Shown here in pieces: positions 7,914-15,842 of a stretch of 64,000 nt of DNA; the first letter of the stretch is position 1; every line of letters starts with the position of its first letter. The DNA lies in the NCBI GenBank assembly GCA_003543215.1, contig DPJD01000001.1, positions 326,188 through 390,187 of the forward strand, read 5' to 3'. The DNA comes from Erysipelotrichaceae bacterium (GTDB lineage Bacteria > Bacillota_I > Bacilli_A > Erysipelotrichales > Erysipelotrichaceae). Position numbers and translations under genes: made by a program. Under the pieces are notes generated by a model. That model worked only from the letters and a program-made list of their open reading frames with translations. It was not told the DNA's origin and made no database searches.

Positions 7914-9644
7914 ATGATCAATATTAAAGAGCATGCGGAATTGAATGTATTGAATCACTCCGGAGCGCATTTGATGGCGCAGGCAGTGAAGCGTTTGTAT
8001 CCACAAGCGATGTTTTGGGTAGGACCGGTCATTACGGAAGGGTTTTACTATGACATTGATTTAGGGGATGTGGTTTTGAGTGAATCCGATCTTCCGAAGA
8101 TCGAAGCTGAAATGAAGAAGATTTCTAAGGATGGTAAGCGTATCGTTCGTGAAGAAATCTCTAAGGAAGAAGCCTTGGAGCGTTTCAAGGATGATCCCTA
8201 CAAATTAGATCTCATCCACAATATGGAGGGGGTCACCATCTCGACCTACAAACAAGGTGAATTTGAAGATTTGTGTCGTGGTCCACATGTGGATACGGTC
8301 AAACAAATCAAGTTCTTCAAGCTTTTGAAGGTTTCTGGGGCTTATTGGAAGGGTGATGCCAATAACAAGATGCTTCAACGTGTCTACGGGATTGTGTTCG
8401 ACACGCAAGAAGCTTTGGATAATCATCTCTACCTCTTGGAAGAGGCGAAGAAACGTGATCATAAGAAGTTGGGTAAAGAACTCGAACTCTTTATGATGAG
8501 TGAATACGGTCCTGGTTTCCCATTCTGGTTGAACAAGGGGATGATTCTTAGAAACATCCTTGAGAACTTCTGGTATGAAGAGCACACCAAAGAAGGCTAT
8601 GAGTTCATCAAGACACCGATCATGTTGTCTCAAGAATTGTGGGAGGTATCAGGTCACTGGTTCAACTACAAAGAAAACATGTACATCAGTGATGTGGATG
8701 ATCGTCAATTTGCCATCAAACCAATGAATTGCCCAGGTGGCATGTTGGTGTATAAGAATCGTTTGTATTCCTACAAAGATTTACCACTGCGTGTGGGTGA
8801 ATTGGGCTTAGTTCATCGTCATGAGGCAAGTGGTGCGCTCAATGGTTTGTTTAGAGTGCGTACCTTTACTCAAGATGATGCGCATTTGTACATGACTCCA
8901 GATCAGGTTGAAGATGAAATCGTACGTTTGATTGCGTTCTTCGATCGTGTGTATAAGATCTTTGGTCTACAGTACTCCATTGAACTCTCAACACGCCCTG
9001 AAGAAAAATACATCGGAAGTATCGAAGTATGGGATGAGTCGGAACGTATTCTAGAATCTGCTTGTAAGAAGTCTGGACACAGTGTCAAGGTCAATCCAGG
9101 GGATGGGGCTTTCTATGGTCCTAAATTGGATTTCCACCTTCAAGACTCCCTAGGACGTGCATGGCAGTGTGGTACGATCCAATTGGATATGAACTTGCCA
9201 GAACGTTTCGATCTGACCTATGTGGACAGTGATGGTTCGAAGAAGAGACCCATCATGTTGCATCGTGTCATCTTTGGTTCCGTTGAACGTTTCATCGGCA
9301 TCTTGATTGAGCACTACGCAGGGGCGTTCCCACTGTGGTTGGCTCCGGATCAAATCCGTATCTTACCAGTCAATCCTGAAATCCATCATGACTTTGCGCA
9401 TGAATTGAAGGACCAACTTCTAGCCTTAGGTTTCCGTGTTGAAGTGGATGAGCGCAATGAAAAGTTGGGTTATCGCTTGCGTGAAGCTCAAATGAAGAAA
9501 GTACCCGTTCAATTAACCATTGGGGATAAAGAAGTTGAGAATAAAGAAGTCAATCTACGTCGTTATGGTTCACAAGCGAGTGAAACCGTTAAAGTTGAAG
9601 ATATGATCAAGAGTCTTCTCAGTGAAGTGAAGGAAAAACGCTAA
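7914..9644 (+). CDS. thrS: Threonine--tRNA ligase (576 aa, no N-terminal TGS domain)
   Basis: HSGAHLMAQA editing-domain motif near the N-terminus, class II motifs (FRVRTFTQDDAH, GAFYGPK); T-box upstream. Confidence 0.95.
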   Translation: MINIKEHAELNVLNHSGAHLMAQAVKRLYPQAMFWVGPVITEGFYYDIDLGDVVLSESDLPKIEAEMKKISKDGKRIVREEISKEEALERFKDDPYKLDLIHNMEGVTISTYKQGEFEDLCRGPHVDTVKQIKFFKLLKVSGAYWKGDANNKMLQRVYGIVFDTQEALDNHLYLLEEAKKRDHKKLGKELELFMMSEYGPGFPFWLNKGMILRNILENFWYEEHTKEGYEFIKTPIMLSQELWEVSGHWFNYKENMYISDVDDRQFAIKPMNCPGGMLVYKNRLYSYKDLPLRVGELGLVHRHEASGALNGLFRVRTFTQDDAHLYMTPDQVEDEIVRLIAFFDRVYKIFGLQYSIELSTRPEEKYIGSIEVWDESERILESACKKSGHSVKVNPGDGAFYGPKLDFHLQDSLGRAWQCGTIQLDMNLPERFDLTYVDSDGSKKRPIMLHRVIFGSVERFIGILIEHYAGAFPLWLAPDQIRILPVNPEIHHDFAHELKDQLLALGFRVEVDERNEKLGYRLREAQMKKVPVQLTIGDKEVENKEVNLRRYGSQASETVKVEDMIKSLLSEVKEKR

Positions 9645-9645
9645 A

Positions 9646-10545
9646 ATGAAGCGATTAATCAGCGTCATTCTTAGTTTATTGATTTTATTTGGATGTCAGG
9701 CTAAACCTTTGGAGTGGGAGAATCTAACGATTCTCTCGCCTAAAGGGGCACCTGCGCTCAGTTTGATTCCTTTATTGGATGAGGCTAAGGATCAGATAGA
9801 GTTTGTGGATGGGACGGATGTCATCAGTGCGGAACTCATCAAGGGTGAACAGGACATGATCATCGCTCCGGTCAACCTTGGAGCTGCCTTAAGCAAGAAG
9901 GGTGAGAACCAATATCGACTCTATGCCGTCGTGACTTGGGGTAACCTCTATCTTGTCGGTCCAAGCAATACAGACATCAGTACTGAGACCGTTGCCATCT
10001 TTGGGGAACAAGCAGTCCCAGGTCTTGTATTCAAACAAGTCTTGAATCAAAGCACTGAAGCCTTTGCGTCGGTCACCGATGTCCAAGGTCAACTCTTAGC
10101 GGGTCAATACAAGGTTGGACTTTTAGCGGAACCTTTGGTTACGGCAACCATCGCAAAGGCTAAGAGTTTGACACCAGCTTTAGAATTAAGCATCCTCAGC
10201 GACCTTCAAGAATTATGGTCCAACAAAACAGGACAGGACAACTATCCGCAAGCGGCTATCTTTGTAAAGTCAGATCTCAGTGAAGACAAACAAGCTCAAA
10301 TCGATGCCCGTTTATTAAAGATGCAAGCCTACAATGAAGCCATCAATCAAAATCCAAGTCAATTGGAAACAGACATCACTGAAGAAAGACTCACTCAATT
10401 GGGTGTGCCCAGTGGTAAGATCTTAGCGTCTGCTTGGGAGCGTATGAACATCAATGTTCAAGCGATCGCAGATGTGAAAGATGCCGTTGAAGTGTTCTTG
10501 GAGCTCTTCAAGTTGAATGGTTTAGAAAATTTCTATCAAGAATAG
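9646..10545 (+). CDS. Lipoprotein, periplasmic-binding-protein-like (NMT1/SsuA-like substrate-binding fold suspected)
   Basis: Signal peptide plus lipobox LILFGC. Alternating beta-alpha pattern resembles ABC substrate-binding proteins. Function not established. Confidence 0.45.
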   Translation: MKRLISVILSLLILFGCQAKPLEWENLTILSPKGAPALSLIPLLDEAKDQIEFVDGTDVISAELIKGEQDMIIAPVNLGAALSKKGENQYRLYAVVTWGNLYLVGPSNTDISTETVAIFGEQAVPGLVFKQVLNQSTEAFASVTDVQGQLLAGQYKVGLLAEPLVTATIAKAKSLTPALELSILSDLQELWSNKTGQDNYPQAAIFVKSDLSEDKQAQIDARLLKMQAYNEAINQNPSQLETDITEERLTQLGVPSGKILASAWERMNINVQAIADVKDAVEVFLELFKLNGLENFYQE

Positions 10546-10569
10546 CTCGGATAAACGAGCTTTTCTTTT
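10544..10569 (+). terminator. Intrinsic terminator after lipoprotein gene
   Basis: AGCTCG-gataaa-CGAGCT followed by TTTCTTTT. Confidence 0.6.
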
Positions 10570-10610
10570 GGAATGTTATTTGGTATGATACTTCCATTCT
10601 TGGAGAAGCT

Positions 10611-11165
10611 ATGAAACCACTTAAACGTATGACCATCTCCGCACTCTTAGCAGTCTTGCTTGTAGTGTCGGCATATATATCCATTCCTCTACCCATTTCG
10701 AGTGTCGCTTTTACAGCGCAATCCTTAATGGTCATGCTTATTGGCTTAAGCATGCCTGTGAACATTGCGTTCACTTCGGTTGGTTTATATTTACTTTTAG
10801 GGGCGATTGGGTTACCGGTATTCTCCAATGGGACGGCTGGTCTAACAGTACTCTTCGGCCCAACAGGGGGCTATCTCTTTGGTTTTCTGATTGGAGTCGT
10901 GGTAATGTCGATCGTAAAGGATCATGCGAAAGGTTATGGCGGACGTATGGTGGCGGCCATCTTTGGGGGCATCATCGTTGTCTATTTCTTTGGTTACCTC
11001 GTATTGAAATTGGTTCTCGGTTTGTCCTACGGCAAAGCCTTGATGATTGGTGTCATCCCATTTCTACCCCTTGATTTCCTGAAAGCTTGGATTGCGGCTT
11101 GGTTCACGAAGAAGTATCAGAAGCATTTCAATCGAATGTTGGGACAGCCTGTAACCAAGTCTTGA
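10611..11165 (+). CDS. bioY: Biotin transporter BioY (ECF S component)
   Basis: 184 aa, about 6 TM segments, GGYLFGF and PFLPLD motifs typical of BioY. Confidence 0.85.
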   Translation: MKPLKRMTISALLAVLLVVSAYISIPLPISSVAFTAQSLMVMLIGLSMPVNIAFTSVGLYLLLGAIGLPVFSNGTAGLTVLFGPTGGYLFGFLIGVVVMSIVKDHAKGYGGRMVAAIFGGIIVVYFFGYLVLKLVLGLSYGKALMIGVIPFLPLDFLKAWIAAWFTKKYQKHFNRMLGQPVTKS

Positions 11166-11218
11166 CCATTACGTGTTGTGTATTATAATAATTATGTACA
11201 TGGCCTAATAAGGTAGGG

Positions 11219-11245
11219 AAGAACCACGAAGGTGGTTTTTTTCGT
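11219..11245 (+). terminator. Intrinsic terminator after bioY
   Basis: GAACCAC-gaag-GTGGTTT followed by a T-run. Confidence 0.65.
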
Positions 11246-11359
11246 TATACGCTAAGTTTTTTGTTAAGATTTCTATACTATTCTTGTTTATTTTTATTGT
11301 GTTGTCTAATAAACTTAAAGCATAAGAATGCTCTTATATCTTACGCACTGAGGTTCACC

Positions 11360-12835
11360 ATGGGCTTTAAACTCCTTTCCTTATATCTCTTTCTCGCAAT
11401 TCTTGCACTCTCGTATCTCTTTGTGCATTCCTTTGTACGTGGTCGATCCCAACACGCCAAGCTCTTGGGAATCTTGAGTTTGACCTTGCAAGTGTATCTC
11501 TTGGGCTATCTTGTAGAGTTGAATGCGACATCCTTGGATGCGATGATCTTTTGGAATCAGATTCAGTACTTTGGGATTCCGTTCTTTCCAGCCTTGTGGT
11601 TTGCGGTCAGTGCGGTGTATACCGGACGACCACAGTGGATCCAGGGATGGCGGGGTCTGTTGGTCATCAGTGTTCCCGTTTTGACGTTTGTCATTCGTCT
11701 GACCAATGATTTTCATCACTGGTATTATGCGTCCATGACCTTGGTGTTCTTAGGTGATTATACGGCCATGTATTTAATCAAAGGACCATGGTATCTTGTT
11801 CAAATGGCCTATGTGTTGATTACCTTGGTGGCGTGTACACGTTTCTATGCCTTGCGTTATCGTAAAGCAGAGGGGAATGAGCGGATGCAGTTCAGTTTGT
11901 TGTTGTGGGCATCGATCTTACCCTATGTGGCCTTGGTTTTGGTGTTTATAAATTTTGGTGATTTGGGTATTGATTATACGGCTTTGATTCTACCGCCGTG
12001 TATTCTCTTGATCAATCATGCGCTGACGAAGTATAACTTCTTGGAAATCAAGGAAATGGCACGGGAGCGTGTATTTGAGGATAATCGGATTGGGTATTTG
12101 TTGTTAAGTAAGCAGTTGAAGGTCGTGGATATGAATCCCTTAGGGAAGCAATTGTTGAAACAATTGGAGGCTAACAATCCTTCAATCCATGAATGGATCT
12201 TGGATGATGCGAAACATCTCATTAAACTAGAGAAACACAATAAGACAGTATCGATCTCCAGTCAAGCTATTGAAAACAGTGGGTATTTGGTATCCATCGA
12301 GGATGTCAGTGAACGTGAAGCGATTTTGAATCGCTTGGAGCATTTGGCGAACATCGATGCTTTGACGCAGTTGAATAATCGTCGTTCTTTCTTTGAACAA
12401 GCCAATCAGATCTTTGAACATGCGGATCGTTACCATGAACCGCTTGCCTGTTTGATGATCGATATCGATCACTTCAAAGATGTCAATGATCACCATGGGC
12501 ATGAAGCAGGGGATACGGTATTGAAATCCTTAGCTGAAACCATGAAACAATGTTTTCGAAGCAGTGATGTGATCGCACGCATGGGTGGTGAGGAGTTTGC
12601 GGTTCTTTTACGTATGAGTGAAATGGATGCCGCACATCTGATTGCCGAACGATTACGTGTAACAGTGGAAAAGGAAAGCATCCAGCATAATGAACTCAAT
12701 CTACACATCACCATCAGTCTAGGGCTGGCTGTACGCAATGTTCATGAAGATCTTGAATCTGTACTCAGACGTGCGGATAAAGCGTTGTATGAGGCTAAAG
12801 CAGCAGGACGTAATCAAGTCCGTCGTGCTCAATAG
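11360..12835 (+). CDS. Membrane-anchored diguanylate cyclase (7TM sensor N-terminus + GGDEF domain)
   Basis: GGEEF active site in ARMGGEEFAVLL, RxxD-like region, multi-TM N-terminus. ATG 11360 preferred over the TTG at 11261. Confidence 0.85.
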   Translation: MGFKLLSLYLFLAILALSYLFVHSFVRGRSQHAKLLGILSLTLQVYLLGYLVELNATSLDAMIFWNQIQYFGIPFFPALWFAVSAVYTGRPQWIQGWRGLLVISVPVLTFVIRLTNDFHHWYYASMTLVFLGDYTAMYLIKGPWYLVQMAYVLITLVACTRFYALRYRKAEGNERMQFSLLLWASILPYVALVLVFINFGDLGIDYTALILPPCILLINHALTKYNFLEIKEMARERVFEDNRIGYLLLSKQLKVVDMNPLGKQLLKQLEANNPSIHEWILDDAKHLIKLEKHNKTVSISSQAIENSGYLVSIEDVSEREAILNRLEHLANIDALTQLNNRRSFFEQANQIFEHADRYHEPLACLMIDIDHFKDVNDHHGHEAGDTVLKSLAETMKQCFRSSDVIARMGGEEFAVLLRMSEMDAAHLIAERLRVTVEKESIQHNELNLHITISLGLAVRNVHEDLESVLRRADKALYEAKAAGRNQVRRAQ

Positions 12836-12983
12836 GTATTTGTTAACAAGTATATGTTTCTCACAAATTATTAAAATTGTTTCAATTATCAACGGTATTA
12901 TCTTCATTTATTTGTTCATTATCGTGTGCATATGCTTCACATTTACTTACCATTTGGTTACCATTAATGTATAAGGTGGCTCA

Positions 12984-14633
12984 ATGAAAACAATCCTCAG
13001 AATGGGCTTATTATTAAGCCTTTTTATTTCGCTTCACACACCAACTCATGCTTTAGAAGTCAAAGAAGTGTATACCGTTGATGATTGGTTGTCGATTGAT
13101 GTTGGGGATACTGTGTTACTTATGAATGATTTGGATTTTGGTGGTGTTGATTATAGACCGATACCACTATTCAGTGGAACATTGGATGGGCAAGGGTATA
13201 CGATAAAGAATTTGACGATCAATCTGTCAGAAGAAAGCCTAGAACCTAATGTAGGTTTATTTGGACAGCTTTCTGGTGCAAGTATTCGTAATCTAAATGT
13301 GGACAGGTTGACGATCGATGCACCTATTGAAATGGTGAGTGTTGGATCAATTGCAGGACGTGTGTTAAACAGTACACTTGAAAACATCGCAATCACAAAC
13401 GCTGAACTGAATAGTGGTTTCAATGCAGGGGGATTGATCGGAACAATCGAAGCGCTTGATCCTTGGGCTGAAGTTCTTGAGCCAAATGTAGTTCAAATCA
13501 ATCAGACTTCTTTTAATGGCATGATTAAAGGTGGATACCAAGTCGGTGGTTTGATCGGTTCCATCAATAATAGTTCATATGTTTCAATCAGTGCGTCCTA
13601 TACCAAAGGATCCTTAAGTGCAACGGATAATGCAGGTTTCATGATAGGAGAGATCTTAAGTTCAGCAGTTGAGTTTACTGATACTTATTCCAAAATGAAT
13701 TTGAATTATATAGAAAATGAGATATCTCAACGGGCTTTTGGGTGGATCGGTTATCGTATGTTTGGAGGAAGTGGAAGCCATTCGCTCAATATCAATCATG
13801 CCTATCAACAAACATCCATACAAGGATTAGAAGTTCATGAATACATGCATGCATGGGTGGGGATTGATGATGGTAACACTGTTCCAGTTCTAAGTGATGT
13901 TTATTATGATCGAGATAGATTGTTAGTGGATGATTTGGGAATGAAAACAGGTGAAGAACTCTTGAATAAAGACACCTATGCATTGTTTGATTTCGATACC
14001 ATTTGGATGATGGATTCAAGTTTAAATGATGGTCATCCCTTGTTTCAATATGAAGTTTTTGAGGTAACGATACATCCCAATAATGGGGACGAAATACAAG
14101 AAACGAATTACACTAAAAACAGTAGTATTATATTGCCTGAATTGATTTACGAAGGATTTACACACGAAGGTTGGTATCAAGATGAAGCACTGACACTTCC
14201 ATTCAATTCAACAAATACATACAGTCAAGATATGACTCTCTATGCGAAGTGGGCTGAGAATCCAGCTGATGAAGTCAGTATCGAAGAACCAGATGCAGAA
14301 GAACCTACTACTCAAGAGCCAAGTCCTGTAGTTTCAAACCCTGTTCATGAAGTCGTGACGAGTGATAAACAGTCGACTAACATAGTTGTAAATATACCGG
14401 CGTCGGTGACTCCAATCATTGATGAACCTTCAGAAACTGATGTTGAACCCGATACGCTTGAAATCGTAACGGAACCAAAAGATGAAGAAGTAGAACCGTC
14501 ATTGGATCCTATAGAAAATAAGGTATCTAAAGCTGGATCTTGGTGTTGGCTGTGGTTGTTGATAATTCTATTGCTTGTTGCATATACCATCTATCGTAAA
14601 CTTAAGAGACGGGAACTTGTGCAACACGAATAA
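12984..14633 (+). CDS. Secreted surface protein with GLUG motifs, a Listeria/Bacteroides-type repeat, an acidic Pro/Thr/Glu stalk and a C-terminal TM anchor
   Basis: Signal peptide ending THA-LE. GGLIG motifs (NAGGLIGT, VGGLIGS). Repeat-like YEGFTHEGWYQDEALTLPF...LYAKW. C-terminal WLWLLIILLLVAYTIYRKLKRR. Confidence 0.7.
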   Translation: MKTILRMGLLLSLFISLHTPTHALEVKEVYTVDDWLSIDVGDTVLLMNDLDFGGVDYRPIPLFSGTLDGQGYTIKNLTINLSEESLEPNVGLFGQLSGASIRNLNVDRLTIDAPIEMVSVGSIAGRVLNSTLENIAITNAELNSGFNAGGLIGTIEALDPWAEVLEPNVVQINQTSFNGMIKGGYQVGGLIGSINNSSYVSISASYTKGSLSATDNAGFMIGEILSSAVEFTDTYSKMNLNYIENEISQRAFGWIGYRMFGGSGSHSLNINHAYQQTSIQGLEVHEYMHAWVGIDDGNTVPVLSDVYYDRDRLLVDDLGMKTGEELLNKDTYALFDFDTIWMMDSSLNDGHPLFQYEVFEVTIHPNNGDEIQETNYTKNSSIILPELIYEGFTHEGWYQDEALTLPFNSTNTYSQDMTLYAKWAENPADEVSIEEPDAEEPTTQEPSPVVSNPVHEVVTSDKQSTNIVVNIPASVTPIIDEPSETDVEPDTLEIVTEPKDEEVEPSLDPIENKVSKAGSWCWLWLLIILLLVAYTIYRKLKRRELVQHE

Positions 14634-14664
14634 TGCCGTTAGAATAGGAACATGGAGGATGTTT

Positions 14665-15258
14665 ATGAAGAAAATAGGATTATTAATCTTTGTGTTTCTA
14701 CTAACAGCGTGTGCGGTTAAGCCGGATGCGGTGTTGAGTGAATACTTCAATATGATTAAATCAAATGACAATGCGATTTATGATGCGGAGTTACATGCAA
14801 GTTACTTTGATCGTGATCCAGGGTTGAATACTGAAGATACAGAAGAATTATTAAACAATCAAACAGAAGCGGGTAAAGAACTCTCTACCGCGTATCTTGA
14901 TTTGGTACAAGAATTTGAGTACACCATCAACAGTACGACCATTACGGATGATGAGGCTGTAGTGAATGTGACGATCAAAGCGTATCCTTTGATGGATATG
15001 ACTTTGGATCTGATGAACCGTTTGATGTCAGCTTTGTTTAGCTTAACCTTTACGACGGAAGAAGAGACAACAGCGTATATGTTGGAGCAATTCAATCTCT
15101 TAAAAGTAGATTATACGAAATCGTTTGAAGGCACTGTTGATGTGTATTTGGTTAAGGTGGAGAAGGATTGGAAGATTGTGGGTGGTGATAAGAATCTACC
15201 ACTGTTCAATTCATTGACTGGGAATTTGATGAATATACAGGATGAGTTAGAGTACTAA
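14665..15258 (+). CDS. Lipoprotein of unknown function
   Basis: MKKIGLLIFVFLLTAC lipobox; GGAGGA RBS at 14654-59. The longer ORF from 14575 overlaps the upstream gene. Confidence 0.6.
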   Translation: MKKIGLLIFVFLLTACAVKPDAVLSEYFNMIKSNDNAIYDAELHASYFDRDPGLNTEDTEELLNNQTEAGKELSTAYLDLVQEFEYTINSTTITDDEAVVNVTIKAYPLMDMTLDLMNRLMSALFSLTFTTEEETTAYMLEQFNLLKVDYTKSFEGTVDVYLVKVEKDWKIVGGDKNLPLFNSLTGNLMNIQDELEY

Positions 15259-15279
15259 AGGGCAGAGGCCCTTTTTTTG
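15258..15279 (+). terminator. Intrinsic terminator (left edge of defence island)
   Basis: AAGGGC-agag-GCCCTT followed by TTTTT. Confidence 0.7.
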
Positions 15280-15519
15280 TTCAGTTGTTTGTATAGCATT
15301 GACATTTCAACTATGGTTTAGTTGGGAGGATCACTTTAATAAAAGATTTGGTGGGATATTTTCGATATTATTTTTGCTTTTTTTCATATTGCTTTTGATT
15401 ATTGCGGAATTGGTTAAGCAACAAAGGCCAAGAAGACGAAATTATTGATGAATCACTTGTAATTACAATGGTATAATGGCTTCAATGATGTCTTGTAGTG
15501 AGAGTGGGGAATAATAATA

Positions 15520-15834
15520 ATGAAAAACACAATTGAGAAGATACTTAAGTTTACGCATGATCGTGATTGGGATCAATTCCATAGCCCAGAAAATTTAGCG
15601 AAATCAATCTCTATAGAATCTGGAGAGCTATTGGAATGTTTTCAATGGAACAGTAAATTTGATCATGATAAAGTCGTCGATGAATTAGCGGACATTGTTA
15701 ACTACTGTATTTTGATGGCAGATAAATTGGATGTCGATTTAGAGACTATTGTTCTAAATAAACTTATAAAGAATGAACAGAAGTATCCGGTTGATAAGTC
15801 TAAGGGAAAGAGTGATAAGTACAACAATCTATAG
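15520..15834 (+). CDS. MazG-like all-alpha nucleotide pyrophosphohydrolase (dCTPase/DCTPP1-like)
   Basis: RDWDQFHSPENLAKSISIESGELLECFQW ... DELADIVNY gives the EExxE/D metal-binding motifs of the MazG NTP-PPase family; 104 aa. Confidence 0.8.
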   Translation: MKNTIEKILKFTHDRDWDQFHSPENLAKSISIESGELLECFQWNSKFDHDKVVDELADIVNYCILMADKLDVDLETIVLNKLIKNEQKYPVDKSKGKSDKYNNL

Positions 15835-15842
15835 GTGGGGAA

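Noticed and set aside
12738-12974. 78-aa (+) and 62-aa (-) ORFs in the spacer between the GGDEF gene and the surface protein gene.
   Set aside because: The stretch is extremely AT-rich and low-complexity, overlaps the 3' end of the cyclase gene and has no RBS. It more likely holds the promoter/leader of the surface protein gene.
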